This document shows, piece by piece, positions 27,340-40,400 of a stretch of DNA of 64,000 nt. The notes under the pieces were generated by a model. That model ran no database searches, had not been told where the DNA came from, and saw only the letters and a list, made by a program, of their open reading frames with translations. Both the position numbers and the translations under genes were made by a program. Position 1 is the stretch's first letter. Each line of letters opens with the position of its first letter. Origin of the DNA: Cetorhinus maximus (lineage: Eukaryota); contig NC_135909.1 of NCBI RefSeq assembly GCF_964194155.1, forward strand, positions 3,038,001 to 3,102,000, read 5' to 3'.

Positions 27340-27825
27340 CTGCCTGGATGAGTGCAGCTCCCGCAACACTCAAGAAGCTCGACACCATCCAGGACAAAGC
27401 AGCCCCGCTTGATTGGCACCCCGTCCACAAACATCCACTCCCTCCACCACCGACGCACAGTGGCAGCAGTGTGTGTACCATCTACAAGATGCACTGCAGC
27501 AACTCACCAAGGCTCCTTCGACAGTACCTTCCAAACCCATGATCACTACCATCTAGAAGGACAAGGGCAGCCGACACAAGGGAACACCACCACCTGGAAG
27601 TTCCCCTCCAAGCCACACACCATCCTGACTTGGAAATATATCGGCCGTTCCTTCACTTGGCGCTGAGTCAAAATCCTGGAACTCCCTCCCTAACAGCACT
27701 GCGGGTGTGCCTACACCACAGGGACTGCAGTGGTGGTGCAGCACCACCTTCTCAAGGGGCAATTAGGGATGGGCAATAAATGCTGCTCTTGCCAGCGACG
27801 CCCACATCCCACGAATGAATTTTAA
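27340..27825 (+). mobile_element. 3' fragment of the LINE family seen at 3435-6692
   Basis: AWMSAAPATLKKLDTIQDKAA and the shared tail GGGCAATTAGGGATGGGCAATAAATGCT. Confidence 0.85.
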
Positions 27826-30108
27826 AAAAAGATTGTGCGCTTTTACCTTCGCTACAGGGCAGAAACGAGGAATGTTACTTCTGAAAAAACAAGATGCATT
27901 GCTCAATTTTAAAACGCAAAACGGGCCTGAATAAAGCTGCCAGAGCTAATCTCCTCCAATGTTTAGCTTTTCCTTTGTCAAGAGAGAAGTATTATCCATC
28001 CATTGGAAGTTTATAATGCAAAACAGTGACGGGAAGTGTGTGCTAAATTGTCAATCATTACCGCAAAAACTTCTGCCAAATTTATTCCTTTGTCAAGTGG
28101 TTATGTCTCTTTTATCATGGAAACCGGCCATGTCAACGTGTCACGCTGCCAGAGGTACAGTGGCGTCACCACAGGTGGGAGGGAGTCATGACATGTTTCC
28201 ATGAGAAATGGGGATATTGCAACTTGTAAAGGCAATAAGGCAAAACACGTGACTAGGGACTCCACTTACTCTGATCCAAATGCCTTCAAACCCCACTCTC
28301 AGTCTTGAAGAGCACAGGAGACTGACTAGCGCTCGCTAAATATAACTCTCTGATCCACAAAAAATATAAACGCGTAAAATTACTTGATCATGACCACTTT
28401 AGCTCAAGCCAAAAAAAAAATGCTACATTTCAGTGCAAAAGATAAAATCAAAAATAGAGTCATAACAAAATATATATATATATATTTTTTTAAATTCTCC
28501 CATACCAGGAACCAGGAGGAGGCCATTTAATCCTTCACGCCTGTTCCGCCATTTGGTTCGATCGTGGCTGATTCTCCAACCGTGGGTGACTGATCCTTGC
28601 TGGGATCCCATGGGGGAACTGGCTGCCAACCTGTGCCTCCCCAGACGTCGTGGGATAGGTGTCAGCCCTTTAGGTGTGGGGCAGACAGGGGGGGTGGGGA
28701 GAGGGGGCCTGTTTGCCCCCTCTGGACCCCCACCCCCCACAGAGGGACGTGGCTGTTTAGGACCCACCTACCCATGACGTAATCATTAGGCTGAGACAAC
28801 CAAAACAGAGGGCCCTGCCTCCCCTCGCAGCCACTGTGGGGAGAAGGGCTGGGTGGGGGGGAGAAGTTGGTGGGGGAGGAGGAGGGGGGGTGGGCAGAGA
28901 GGGAGATCCCACCAGCTCCCGCCGCCAAAATTTACCCCTCGACTCACGTCACTTTTTAACAAAAAAAAACACATTATTTGGTCATTATGGTATCGGCTGT
29001 GTGTGGGAGCTTGCTGTGCGCAAATTGGCTGCCGCGTTTCCTACATGGCAGCAGGGGCTACGCTTCGAAAGTGCTTTGTAAGCATTTTCGGACATCCCGA
29101 GGTTGTGAAAGGCGTTACAGAAATGCGAATCCCTTCGCAATCCACTCAGTGTGGGGTGGTGGGGGGTGGGGCAAGTGGCGGAGAGGGGCAAATCACGGCG
29201 CTGGAGTTAAGAGCCATTGAGTAGCCCCGCACACTTTGCGAGCCCCCCTGCTCTCGACCCGACCCCAGCCTTTTGGGCCAGGAACGGGGTTAAAATCCAG
29301 AGCCGCTTTTCGGAGAGGTCTGATCGGAGAGGGACGGGGTCCAGCGAACGGGGGGGGGGGGGGGGGGGGGGGCGCGAGAGCCAGAGCCAGCACAGGCATG
29401 ATGGGCCGAATGGGACGGGAGATGGGCTCTCATTTGCGTATCACCCTTCTGAGCATCCCCAGAGTGTCCACCGGCCCCGGGTTATTACTGTCGTTAAAAA
29501 GCGTGATTCTCTCCTTGTTAAACAAACAAACTGGAAGCGGGCAGAATGCAAGGTGGGCGCCCAAAGGTCCTACAGTTGCGCGGTGCCCTTATTACCAGGC
29601 TTACGTTGGAGTGAACATGTCTCGCCGCTCATGCCAATCGTGCAAGATCCAGGAAACCACACAAACTCCGCCCACTGGAACCGCTCAGGCGGGTTTTGAC
29701 ATCGCAATGTCAGGGTCAAACCCTCTCAACCCGAGAGTGCGAAATCTTTTCTGTCCCCCGTGGGGTGATAAATCTAATTTTGCTTATTTTCTCGAGGCGT
29801 GGGGACGGGGGGGGAGGTCAGAAGGAGGAGGAGGGGCTTCTGAAACAGGTAACGTGAGTCTCAGAAGCCGCTCGGTCAGGGGAAGCGCGCCGCAGCAAGG
29901 GTTGTGCAGAAAGGATGGTGAGGGCGTGACTTCCCCCCACCCTCTCTCTACCCACCCCACCCACCGGCGTTCCGCAGTTTACTCCTACCTCCTTCCCCCA
30001 CCCCTCCCCCGCCCAACCTCCTCCCCCCACCACCCCACCACCCCCCCCCCGCCCCCCCCCCCCTCCAAAAACTCGCAGCGCCGGACTGCAAGCGACGCCC
30101 GCCGCTCC

Positions 30109-33100
30109 TTATACACCCTCCTGGTGCGACCGGCAATTCTTCACGTCCTTGCTGTCCAGATCAAAGGCGTGCTCCGAGTCCCAGTCACGGTCGAACACTG
30201 CCTTCAGCTGACTCTGCACTGTGCCAGGGCTGCCGGGCGTGCCCTCCGTCTGGTTTATGATGAGCCCCACTCCAGCTGTTCTGATGAAATAGTCCTCAGA
30301 CCAGTTGGACGTCCCTGAAGACGAAGAAGGCAAGGCTTAGCGGCTTAACACTTCCACGCGCAGAACCTTAACTGGACCGGCCATATAAATACTGTGGCTG
30401 CAAGAGCGGGTCAGAGGCTGGGAATCCTGCAAGCGAGTAACTCATCTCCTGGCTCCCCAAAGCCTGTCCACCATCTACTAGGCACAAGTCAGGAGTGTGA
30501 TGGAATACTCCCCACTTGCCTGGATGAGTGCAGCTCCCACAACACTCAAGATGCTCAACACCATCCAGGACAAAGCAGCCCCGTTTAATTGGCTCCACAT
30601 CCACAAACATTCACTCCCTCCACCACCGACGCACAGTAGCAGCAGTGTGTGTACCATCTACAAGATGCTCTGCAGCAACTCACCAAGGCTCCTTAGACAG
30701 TACCTTCCAAACCACCACCGCCTAGAAGGACAAGGGCAGCAGACACATGGGAACACCACCACCTGCAAGTTCCCCTCCGAGTCGCTTACCATCCTGACTT
30801 GGAAATATATCGGCCGTTCCTTCACTGTCACTGGGTCAAAATCCTGGAACTCCCTCCCTAACAGCACGGTGGGTGTACCTACACCACATGGACTGCAGCG
30901 GCTCAAGAAGGCGGCTCACCCCCACCTTCTCGAGGGGCAATTAGGGGTGGGTAATAAATGCTGGGCCTAGCCAGCGACACACTTCACAAACGAGCAAAAC
31001 AAAACCCATTTCCCACCCCAATCAAAGCAACGTTTATTTATTTATTTATATATTAGAAATGTTACAACGTGCGTGCCTCCAGCCCACACGGACAATGGAA
31101 ATTTCTTATGTAAACATGTCACGCCGCGATTACACCCACCCACCAGTAGAGGTGCTAAAAACCCTCCTGCCGCTCTCATTTCCCGAAGGAGCTGGACACG
31201 GGGAAAGGCAGGTTGGGGAAATTTCCTGGAATGACGCGGCTTGGTCCTAATTCACCCAGTAGAGGAGCGCGTACCACCCTCCCTCCCACCCACAAACCCA
31301 CCCCCTGCCCTCCGCAACTCACCAATGTAGGCGATGCGATCGGTGACCATGTACTTGTTGTGGTTGACCCTGCTGAAGGGAATTTTCCTCTGTTCCTCTG
31401 TGGCTGGAACCTTGAAGATCCTCTGTGAGAGGGAAAAAAAAGGAAGGGGGTGGGGGTGGGTGTAAGAGATCTCAAAACCACATCTTACCACCAAAGCAGT
31501 TCCTGTCTGATAAGAGAATTACATAGAGTCGTCCAGCACCGAAACAGGACACTTGGCCGAGCTGGTGTTACTGCCCAGTGGATTCCCCCTCAACCCTCTC
31601 CTCCTGATGGGGGCAGGGGCACCCTCTGGCACCCTCTTACCCAGCAGGGTAAGGGTGGCAGAACGGACTGGTAACCCAGGAGGCCAAAACAGAAAATGCC
31701 GGAAAAACTCAGCAGGTCCAGCAGCACCTGCGGAGGGAAAGGTAAGAGTTAACTCTTCCTCAGAGTCATACGGACTCGAGACCTTAACTCTGTCTTTCTC
31801 TCCACAGACGCTGTCAGTCCTGTTGAGCTTTCCCAGCATCATCTGCCCTTGTTTCAGGTTTCCAGCACCCGCAGCATTTTGCTTTTATCTTGGTAACCCA
31901 GAGGCCCGGGCTCTGGGGGGGGGAAAAGGGGTTCAAATCCCACCACGGCAGCTGGTGGAATTTAAATTCAGTCAATAAAAATCTGGAATTATAAAGCCAG
32001 TTTCAGTCATGGTGACCATGAAACTATCATCGATTGTTGTAAAAAAACCCCATCTGGTTCACTAATGTCCCCTTTAGGGGAAGGGAAATCTGCCGTCCTT
32101 ACCTGGTCTGGGCCTACACGTGACTCCAGACCCCACTTACCTCCGAAAGAGTGACCACTTACCACATGGATGGGGCAGTTCAGGGGCTGCTCGTTGAGGA
32201 TGCTCAGGGACTTCAGGTAGACGAACATGGGCGGGTAGGAGTGCTCCCAGCAGCTGATCAGCAGGTGGACCGACACTCCCCTCTGGCAGGCCGCCTCGCG
32301 CAGGCGGTCATCGATCGCCGGCCAGAACCTAGAGGGGGGAAGCAGGGGGGCAAAGTCAGAGGAACATTAGCCTCCCCCAACCCCCCGACTCGGCCGAGGA
32401 AGCGCTCGTTTAAAGTCGCGCGTTGCCATAGCGCCTTTCACCGCCCCTCAGGTCGACCTTCACACCCAGCGCAGCACTTTCTGCGGGGCGACCATCGCCC
32501 TTGGGGAGGAGCGACGGGCCGTTTGCGCACAGCAAGATCCCACAAGTGTGACAATGACCTGGATCATCTGTGTGGGTTCAGGGATATTGTCGTCCGCCCC
32601 ACCCCCCAAGGACTCCGGGGAAAACTCACCTCCCCCTCCCCCTCTTCGAAGAAGGAGACGGTGACGTAGTGGTCATGTCACTGGACTAGGAAACCAGAGG
32701 CCCCGGGTTAATGCTCTGGGGGACATGGGTTCAAATCCCACCACGGCCACTGGTGGAATTTAACTTTAATTAATAAATCTGGAATAAAAAGATAGTCTCA
32801 GTGATGGTGACCGTGAAACTATCATCGATTGTTGTAAAAACCCCATCTGGTTCACTAATGTCCCCTTTAGGGGAAGGGAAATCTGCCATCCTTACCCGGT
32901 CTGGGCCTACACGTGACTCCAGACCCACAGCAAATGTGGTTGACTCTTAACTGCCCCTCTGAAATGGCCGAGCGCGACACTCAGTTCAAGGGGCAATTAG
33001 GGATGGGCAACAAATGCTGGGCCCGGCCAGCGACGCCCACATCCCCGTGAAAGAATAAATTTTTTAAATATTGGGGCTGTGTGGATATTTTTACATCCCC

Positions 33101-33857
33101 TGGGGGGGCGGGGGGGGGTGGAGGAGTGGGGAGGGGAGAGGGGAGGGGGAGGGGAGGGGAGGAGGGGGGAGGGGGAGGGGGGAAGTGGTGGGGAGGGTGG
33201 AGGGNNNNNNNNNNNNNNNNNNNNNNNNNNNNNNNNNNNNNNNNNNNNNNNNNNNNNNNNNNNNNNNNNNNNNNNNNNNNNNNNNNNNNNNNNNNNNNNN
33301 NNNNNNNNNNNNNNNNNNNNNNNNNNNNNNNNNNNNNNNNNNNNNNNNNNNNNNNNCTCATCGGAAAGACGGCACCTCAGACTGTGCAGCACTCCCTCGG
33401 CACTGGGAGGGTCAGCCTGGCTATTTCCGTGGCTCCGGCCAGTAGGAAGCTCAGGAGCACCAGCTTTCCGGCTATGGCGGGCATCACACCCGAGTCTGAG
33501 CCTGTATTCACCTGAGCAGCAGCAGCAGCCTGGTTCATGTGGGGAGGGGGGGGTGGGAGTCCCCTCATTGAAATGATGAGGAGGAAGGATGACATATGCC
33601 AACCCCCCGATCCCCGACCCCTGACCCACCGGCAGAGAAGCGTAGCTCCCATCCCACCCACCCGCTCGGAGTCAGTAGCACCTCCCCACCGCACCCCCCT
33701 GCTTTTTGTCCACGTACCTCGGGGGCTCACAGTAGCGGCAGAGCGGGACCAAGTCCATGACGGAGATGAAGACGAAACTTCGCGCATCGTCGATGATGCT
33801 CAAGATGGCGTCGAGGTCCCCGGTGCGACCGGACGCGCAGAGCGATGGTGGAGCACT
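30109..33857 (-). CDS. PLD3/PLD4-family phospholipase D / 5'-exonuclease-like gene, last 4 coding exons only (5' part missing, probably in the gap)
   Basis: Exons 33718-33857 (SAPPSLCASGRTGDLDAILSIIDDARSFVFISVMD), 32163-32328 (FWPAIDDRLREAACQRGVSVHLLISCWEHS), 31323-31422 (IPFSRVNHNKYMVTDRIAYI, second HKD motif), 30109-30314 (TSNWSEDYF...QLKAVFDRDWDS...EGV*). Junctions are GT-AG and in phase. Paralog identity is unresolved (PLD3-like, possibly the fish pld7 type). Confidence 0.93.
30362..30980 (+). mobile_element. 3' fragment of the same LINE family in the last PLD intron
   Basis: MMEYSPLAWMSAAPTTLK...SWNSLPNSTVG. Confidence 0.85.
32659..33060 (+). mobile_element. tRNA-derived SINE sharing its 3' tail with the LINE family at 3435-6692
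   Basis: A-box-like GTGACGTAGTGG, B-box GGTTCAAATCC, and tail GGGCAATTAGGGATGGGCAACAAATGCTGG. Other copies at ~15305-15695(-), 31890-32135(+), 42535-42700(-) and 49690-50020(-). Confidence 0.8.
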
Positions 33858-34199
33858 CTGGAACAGAGCGAGAGCCACAGTCAGTCCCGGAACCAAACCA
33901 GGCCAGGCCGCGATTCACATTCACTCGTCTCATCCTAACAACGGACTGCGCCCCTCCACCCACGAAGAAAAAATTTCAAACGCTGTACGTTTCCAAACAT
34001 GGCCAGGCTGGCGAGAGGCCCCCCAGTGGGTCACTCACCTCCTGGGCCAACCTCTCCTTCAGCAAAGCCCCCCCACATAGCCGCCGCCTGTTGTCCAACA
34101 TGAGTCTCGGCCCAGCTCCTTCGTGGGGGTTTGACGTTGTCAGCTCGATCGATAAGCGGTGTGGGGGTGGGGGGGGGGGATTTCTCGCCTAACTCCCTC

Positions 34200-34399
34200 N
34201 NNNNNNNNNNNNNNNNNNNNNNNNNNNNNNNNNNNNNNNNNNNNNNNNNNNNNNNNNNNNNNNNNNNNNNNNNNNNNNNNNNNNNNNNNNNNNNNNNNNN
34301 NNNNNNNNNNNNNNNNNNNNNNNNNNNNNNNNNNNNNNNNNNNNNNNNNNNNNNNNNNNNNNNNNNNNNNNNNNNNNNNNNNNNNNNNNNNNNNNNNNN
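34200..34399. other. Assembly gap of exactly 200 N (other gaps: 33205-33356, 51455-51603, 52870-52997)
   Basis: Runs of N seen directly in the sequence. Confidence 0.99.
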
Positions 34400-34433
34400 G
34401 AATGCAACAAGCAGCGGCCCTCCAAGTACTCAC

Positions 34434-37400
34434 GCTGTGAAGCCATTAATCATGTGAGCGTATTTCACCAGCACCAGGTCCAGCCAGCCACAGCGTCTCC
34501 TCCTGCCCGTGGTGACTCCAAACTCCCGTCCCCGTCTCTGCAGCAGGTCACCCAGCTCCTGGGGAATCAAGAGGCAGCACAGTGAAGGTGGTGGGTTGGG
34601 TGGGGCGGAGGGGAAAGACAGGCGATTCCGCATCCCGCCTTTACACAGACGCAACGAGGCACGAGGGAGCATCAGGAAACCCGCCACCTGAGCTGGGAGG
34701 AGGCAAGAGCTCTCCCTTTTCCAGGGAGAGGGATACTCACGTTACACTGCTCTGTGGGGAAGGCACCCACTCCCACCCTGGTAGTATAGGCTTTCACCAC
34801 GCCGTATACCTCGCCAATGTTGTGAGGGGGAATCCCCAGTCCTGTGCACACCCCCCCAACTGTGCAGTTCGAGGAGGTCACAAAAGGATAGGTACCTGGA
34901 ACAGAACATTGACAGGGTGATAAAAACCTTAGCACAAGCAGAGATGGCTGACCCGCTGACCCCCACACCCCCACCTCCGCCGCCTCTCCAACGTCACACC
35001 TTAATCTTCGGCCGCGGCTCTTCATGCGTGCGCCCCTTCCCGCTCCCGGAGGTTCTGGGTTCGAGCACCCCCACCCCTGCAGACCCTGAGTGCCTTACGC
35101 AGTCCCGACACTCGCGCCTCGGTGCCAACCTCACCTCTGCCCGTCAGCGGGAACGGGTCAACTGATGCTTCAGGTCAGCACCGGAGGCGTGACCGGTGGG
35201 AAACGTGACCCCCCCACCCACCCCGATCCGCTCGCAGGCCCTCGCGCACGGACCCCGTCGTGAGACGCCGGGAGGGGAGTCCGGGTTTCGCCGCCGTTTC
35301 GGTCCGCGTCCTCCTGACGGGCCGAATGGCCTCGCCAGGCGATTCCACGGAAGGGATTATTTCGTCCCTCCGGCACTTCGCCCGAGATCACGAGAGCCGG
35401 CGGGCTATTCGACTGAGAGGGGCGTCGCAGTCCGGGGGTCGATTGTGCCCCCGGCCGGCTCCCTCCACCCAACCTCTGCCCTCGCTCGGAGGCACTGAGG
35501 CAGATGCCAGGTGAGCTGCAGTTAGCTCTCTCTCTCTCTCTCTCTGTGAGGAGGCGATTCTGGTCCACTTGGCTCGCGAGTGCAGCACACCCCATACACC
35601 CACTGGACAGGGAGACTCAGAGTCCGGCCAGCAGCACAGGGAGAGTCTCCCCGTCTCACTGGTCAGGGGAAACGGGGTGGCCTTCAGTGACTGGGCCCAG
35701 CAGCTGCCCACGTGGTGACTGAGTCTTCCCATTACAGAGCACTGGAAAGACTTACATTTCTATAGCGCCTTTCCTGCCCTCAGGATGTCCCCGCTCACCT
35801 CGCAGCCGACAAAGGACCTTTTTTTTTGGATGTGCAGGAACCGTTGCAGTGTCGGATATGCGGCCCAATTTGCGCACAGCAAGCTCCCACAAACAGCACT
35901 GTGATAATGACCCAGATCATCCGTTTTTGTGATGTTTGCTGAAGAGGTAAATATTGACCCCCGGACACCAGGGAGAACTCCTCCCCCTCCCTTTCCAACA
36001 GCGGCTGCGGGGTCTCTGCACCGAGAACAGGGCGGGGGTGGAGGTCTCTGCCTCGGGGGCAGGGCGGGGGTGGGGGTGGGGGGTCTGTGCCCCGGGGACA
36101 GGGCCGGGGGTGGGGTTCTCTGCCCCCGGGGACAGGGCGGGTGAGGGGTTCTCTGCCCCCGGGGACAGGGCGGGTGAGGGGTTCTCTGCCCCCGGGGACA
36201 GGGCGGGTGAGGGGTTCTCTGCCCCCGGGGACAGGGCGGGTGAGGGGTTCTCTGCCCCCGGGGACAGGGCGGGTGAGGGGTTCTCTGCCCCCGGGGACAG
36301 GGCGGGTGAGGGGTTCTCTGCCCCCAGGGACAGGGCCGGGGGTGGGGTTCTCTGCCCCCGGGGACAGGGCGGGTGAGGGGTTCTCTGCCCCCAGGGACAG
36401 GGCCGGGGGTGGGGTTCTCTGTCCCCGGGGACAGGGCGGGTGAGGGGTTCTCTGCCCCCGGGGACAGGGCGGGTGAGGGGTTCTCTGCCCCCGGGGACAG
36501 GGCGGGTGAGGGGTTCTCTGCCCCCGGGGACAGGGCGGGTGAGGGGTTCTCTGCCCCCGGGGACAGGGCGGGTGAGGGGTTCTCTGCCCCCGGGGACAGG
36601 GCGGGTGAGGGGTTCTCTGCCCCCGGGGACAGGGCGGGTGAGGGGTTCTCTGCCCCCGGGGACAGGGCGGGGGTCTCCGCCCCCGGGGACAGGGCGGGGG
36701 TCTCCGCCCCCGGGGACAGGGCGGGGGTGGGGTTGGGTTTGCTTCCTCTTCTCAGAACAGGGCCGGTTAAGCGCGTGGTAACTCCCACATGTGAAACGCG
36801 GTGCGGCCACGCCGGTGGGCGGGGCAGGGTGAGGGGAGGGGGAGAATTCCCGTTAATGCAGTCGGCACTTACCGAAATCGATGTCCAGGAGCGTGGCGTT
36901 AGCCCCCTCCACCAGGATCTTCTTGGGAGGCCCGTGGAGGGTTTTGTACATGAAATAAACACCATCCTTCACCAGGGGCCGGACCCTCTCCGCGTATCCC
37001 TGCAGGGGGTGGGGATAAATAAACAACCTCCGCTGAACACTGCTGCTCGAGACCCTCAGCCCCACCCTCCACCCACAGGCACTCTCCTTTAGAGGGGGTG
37101 GGGGGGGGTAGTTTTGGGTTCCCACTCCCCTAGGTTTCACCTCATTCCCCGTCCAAAGCACCAGGCTCCGGTTTCCAGATTAAATAAACCCCCCCATCCT
37201 CTCTTCCCCACTCCCTCCCCACCCTCTCCCCATCACCCCCCCACCCCCATCAACCCCGGAACGAATATTCTCTCTGCCCCATCAGCCACTTTCCATGTTC
37301 CAAATGCTTCGATCGGATCACCCCCCCCTCCCGCCGACTAATCCCGACTTTCTGTGCTCGAGGGAACGCCGGCTGGGATCCTGCTCCCGGTTTCACCGAA

Positions 37401-40400
37401 GCGGCTGAAACTTCCCGGAGGGAAGTGGCAAGGCAGGAGGATTCCCGGGAGGACCCAGGCCGGCCGGCGGGTGGGGGGGGAGTTCCATACCCAGCCAGGA
37501 AGGGGCCGGCTGGGCAGCACGCGAAGGAGAACAGGGCCTCTCGTCCGTACAGGGACGGGCAAGGAGCGGGCGGCCCCCACCTCTCGGGAGTCAGGGTACG
37601 ACCTCCGGCCCCTCCGCTCTTACCTTCAGCTTTTCCAACTCGCCTTCGACATCCACGCTCAACGTAGGGTACATGGCTTTATACTGACTGGCAAGCACTC
37701 GAAAGCTGGATGGGGTGGGGGGGTGGAGAGAGAGAGAGAGAGAGAAATTCATCCCTTTTTTTTATTCATCCCATTTTTTCCCCAACAACTCGCATTTATG
37801 TAGCACCTTTCACGTAGCCCTGAGACGCTTCACCAGAGGGCGATCGAAGGAAGGCTGACGCCCAGTCATGGAAAGAGCGAACCCACCTCCTTCCAGACAT
37901 CACCGAGCAACTCGCGGAGCGCGAGTTACTGCCCAGCTGGGGGTGACTCGGGGCGGAGGAGGTGGCAGGTGTTTTGTTCGACGAGGGAGGAGCAGAGGAC
38001 CCTGGGCGGGGGCGGACTCTCCGCAGCGGGAGCTTTAACCTGCCGCTCGAGGGGCCGGGGGTGTAGGTTGGGGGCGGGGGGCCCTCAGTTTAGCAGTGCC
38101 TAAGGACGACCGAGTGTCCCCTCAGTCCTGAGCTGGAGTGGCAGCCTCTCGATTAGAAGTTGTTTGGGTGCAAACTCTGGGAGGAGAGACCCGCCAACCG
38201 GCTGAGTCTGGAACAAGGAACAGGTCACGATTGGCGCAAAACGGCTTCTGGATCTGGGTCAGTGCCAACCGGGCGCAAACTTGCCGGGTTTTGCCTTTGT
38301 GGGTGGGGGGGGGGGGTAGTAATTATCCGGGTGATGATTCTCCGGCTGTCTCCGATTGGGGGGTGGGTTTTGAGGGATCTTTTCCAGTCCCTTTATGGTG
38401 GCCCCTTTCCATCACCCCCCACCCCGCCCCCTCACTCACCGTTTTGAGAACTCCTCGAAGTCAGACAGCAGGTCACAGATCCGGAGGCCGGTGCGAGAGG
38501 CTTTCGACGCGTACACAGGCCCGATGCCCTTCTTCGTGGTTCCCAGGCTGACAGGAAAGGAACAAGGAGCGGCAACAGAAAGGGGAGAGAGAGAGAGGGT
38601 TAGAGCAGGCCAGAGGAGGGGTGGGGGGGTGTGCTGGTCACTTCTAAAGCCCAGCCACCCTAAGCAGCCCGACAGGTAAACGCGCCCACCCCCACCCCGG
38701 TTAAAGGGGTCCGTGGCTCTAGGTGTCTGCGCACTCACTTTTTGCCAGCCTGCTCCTGACGTTGCTGTTCCTGCACACCGTCCACTGCCTGGTGGAAATC
38801 AAACACTGCAAACAAGAGGAGAACAGTCAAGAACACTCATTACCGAGATTTCCCGGCACCGGCACAGGCCATTCGGCCCATCTGCTCCACGCCGGTGTTT
38901 CTGCTCCACACGAGCCTCCTCCCACCCCCTCTTCATCTTCCCCCCCGTCACCCTATCCTTCTATCCCTTTCTCTCTCATGTGTTTATCCTGCTCCCTCCC
39001 CCCTTAACGGTATCTACACTATTCACCTCAGCCACTGGCCGTGGTATCGAGTTCCACATTCTCCCCGCTCTCTACGCTGTGCGGTAACAGTCATTTCAAA
39101 CTCCTGCCCCGGGACCACCTACCGCAGATGCCTGCAGCCCAGGCCTGGGGTTGGGGTGGGAGGGGCCGCCTGCTATAAATATATTAGGGAGGTTATCTCT
39201 GCTTCAGTCAGAGACCACAACCCTGCAGCCTTGTAACGACTGATACCCCATTACAGCTGCAACAACACAAACCATTTCCTCACCGGAGCCGCTCTGGGGC
39301 TCTAAGGAAACGAGACGGGGGGAAGTGGGGTAGCAGTGGGGAGACCTGCAGATGCACACACAGACACTCTCTCTCGCCCATGCACTCACTCTCCCTCTCT
39401 CACAATCACTCTCTCTCCCCCTCTCTCACGCGGGCACGCACTCACCCTCCCCCTCTCTCGCACACACACCCTCCCTCTCTCGCACATGCACGCACACATT
39501 CTCCCTCCCTCTCTCTCGCACACCCACACTTTCTCCCTCTTTCGCACACCACTCTCCCCCTCTCGCGCGCACACACTCTATCTCCCTCTCTCACATGTGC
39601 ACAGACGCAGGCACAGACAGACGCAGGCACAGACAGACAGATGCGCCTTCATAGCTGCCCGTAGCATGATAAAAAGGCATCTAGCCTACAACAGGCACCT
39701 CCTGCCATCTTCACACTTCACTGAAAGTTTAACAGCAGCCAATCAGATTTGAAGAGTGGGAATTGTACAAATCAAAAGCTAGAAATGTGACCGAGGAAGA
39801 CATGTGGCCCTCACATGGCACCTCACCCCCACTGTTACAGGAGAGCTCATCTCTGACACACCATGAGCAACAGCGCGGATGGACTGCTCGTCTGCATTGC
39901 TCACATGGAGTTGAATGACAGGCTGCTTTGTAACATGAGGAGTTATCACAAGAACATACAAATTAGGAGCAGGAGCAGGAGTAGGCCATTCAGCCCCTTG
40001 ATCCTGCTCCGTCATTCAATCAGATCATGGCTGATCTGATTTTGACCTCAACTCCACTTTCCTGCCTGTTGCCCCCCATAACCCTTGACTCCCTTGTCGG
40101 TCAAAAATCTGTCTAACTCAGCCTTGAATATATTCAGTGACCCAGTATCCACTGCTCTCTGGGGAAGAGAGTTCCACAGACTAATGACCCTCTGAGAGAA
40201 GAAATTCCTCCTCATCTGTCTTAAATGGGAGAGCCCTTATTCTGAAACTGCACCCCCTAGTTCTAGATTCCCCCACGAGGGGGAACATCCTCTCAGATTC
40301 CCCTCAAGATCTTGTATGTTTCAATAAGATCATCTCTCATTCTTCTAAACTGTTATGGCACAGCAGATGGTAAATGCTGAGCTGCTCAAATCCCAGAGGG

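Noticed and set aside
29236-30318. 360-aa plus-strand ORF
   Set aside because: It is antisense to the last PLD exon and 3' UTR, GC-rich and low complexity, with no recognisable domain.
32659-32760. tRNA gene
   Set aside because: The A and B boxes belong to a SINE head and there is no complete cloverleaf.
33420-33515. Signal-peptide-like MPAIAGKLVLLSFLLAGATEI on the minus strand in a PLD intron
   Set aside because: It runs straight into a SINE fragment with no donor site or further exons, so it is unsupported.
33718-34558. Apparent ADSS-PLD fusion gene (same strand, exons ~580 bp apart)
   Set aside because: ADSS exon 10 ends in phase 2 and the PLD exon starts in phase 0, and an unsized 200-N gap lies between them. 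An assembly artefact is the simpler explanation.
35760-37092. Long repetitive ORFs ([11 protein letters not shown])n
   Set aside because: They arise from the 33-bp intronic minisatellite. Only 36873-36999 is a real ADSS exon.
39190-39245. Minus-strand [10 protein letters not shown] resembling ADSS exon 4 ([15 protein letters not shown])
   Set aside because: It is short, has an in-frame stop and lacks a donor site. The similarity may be chance.
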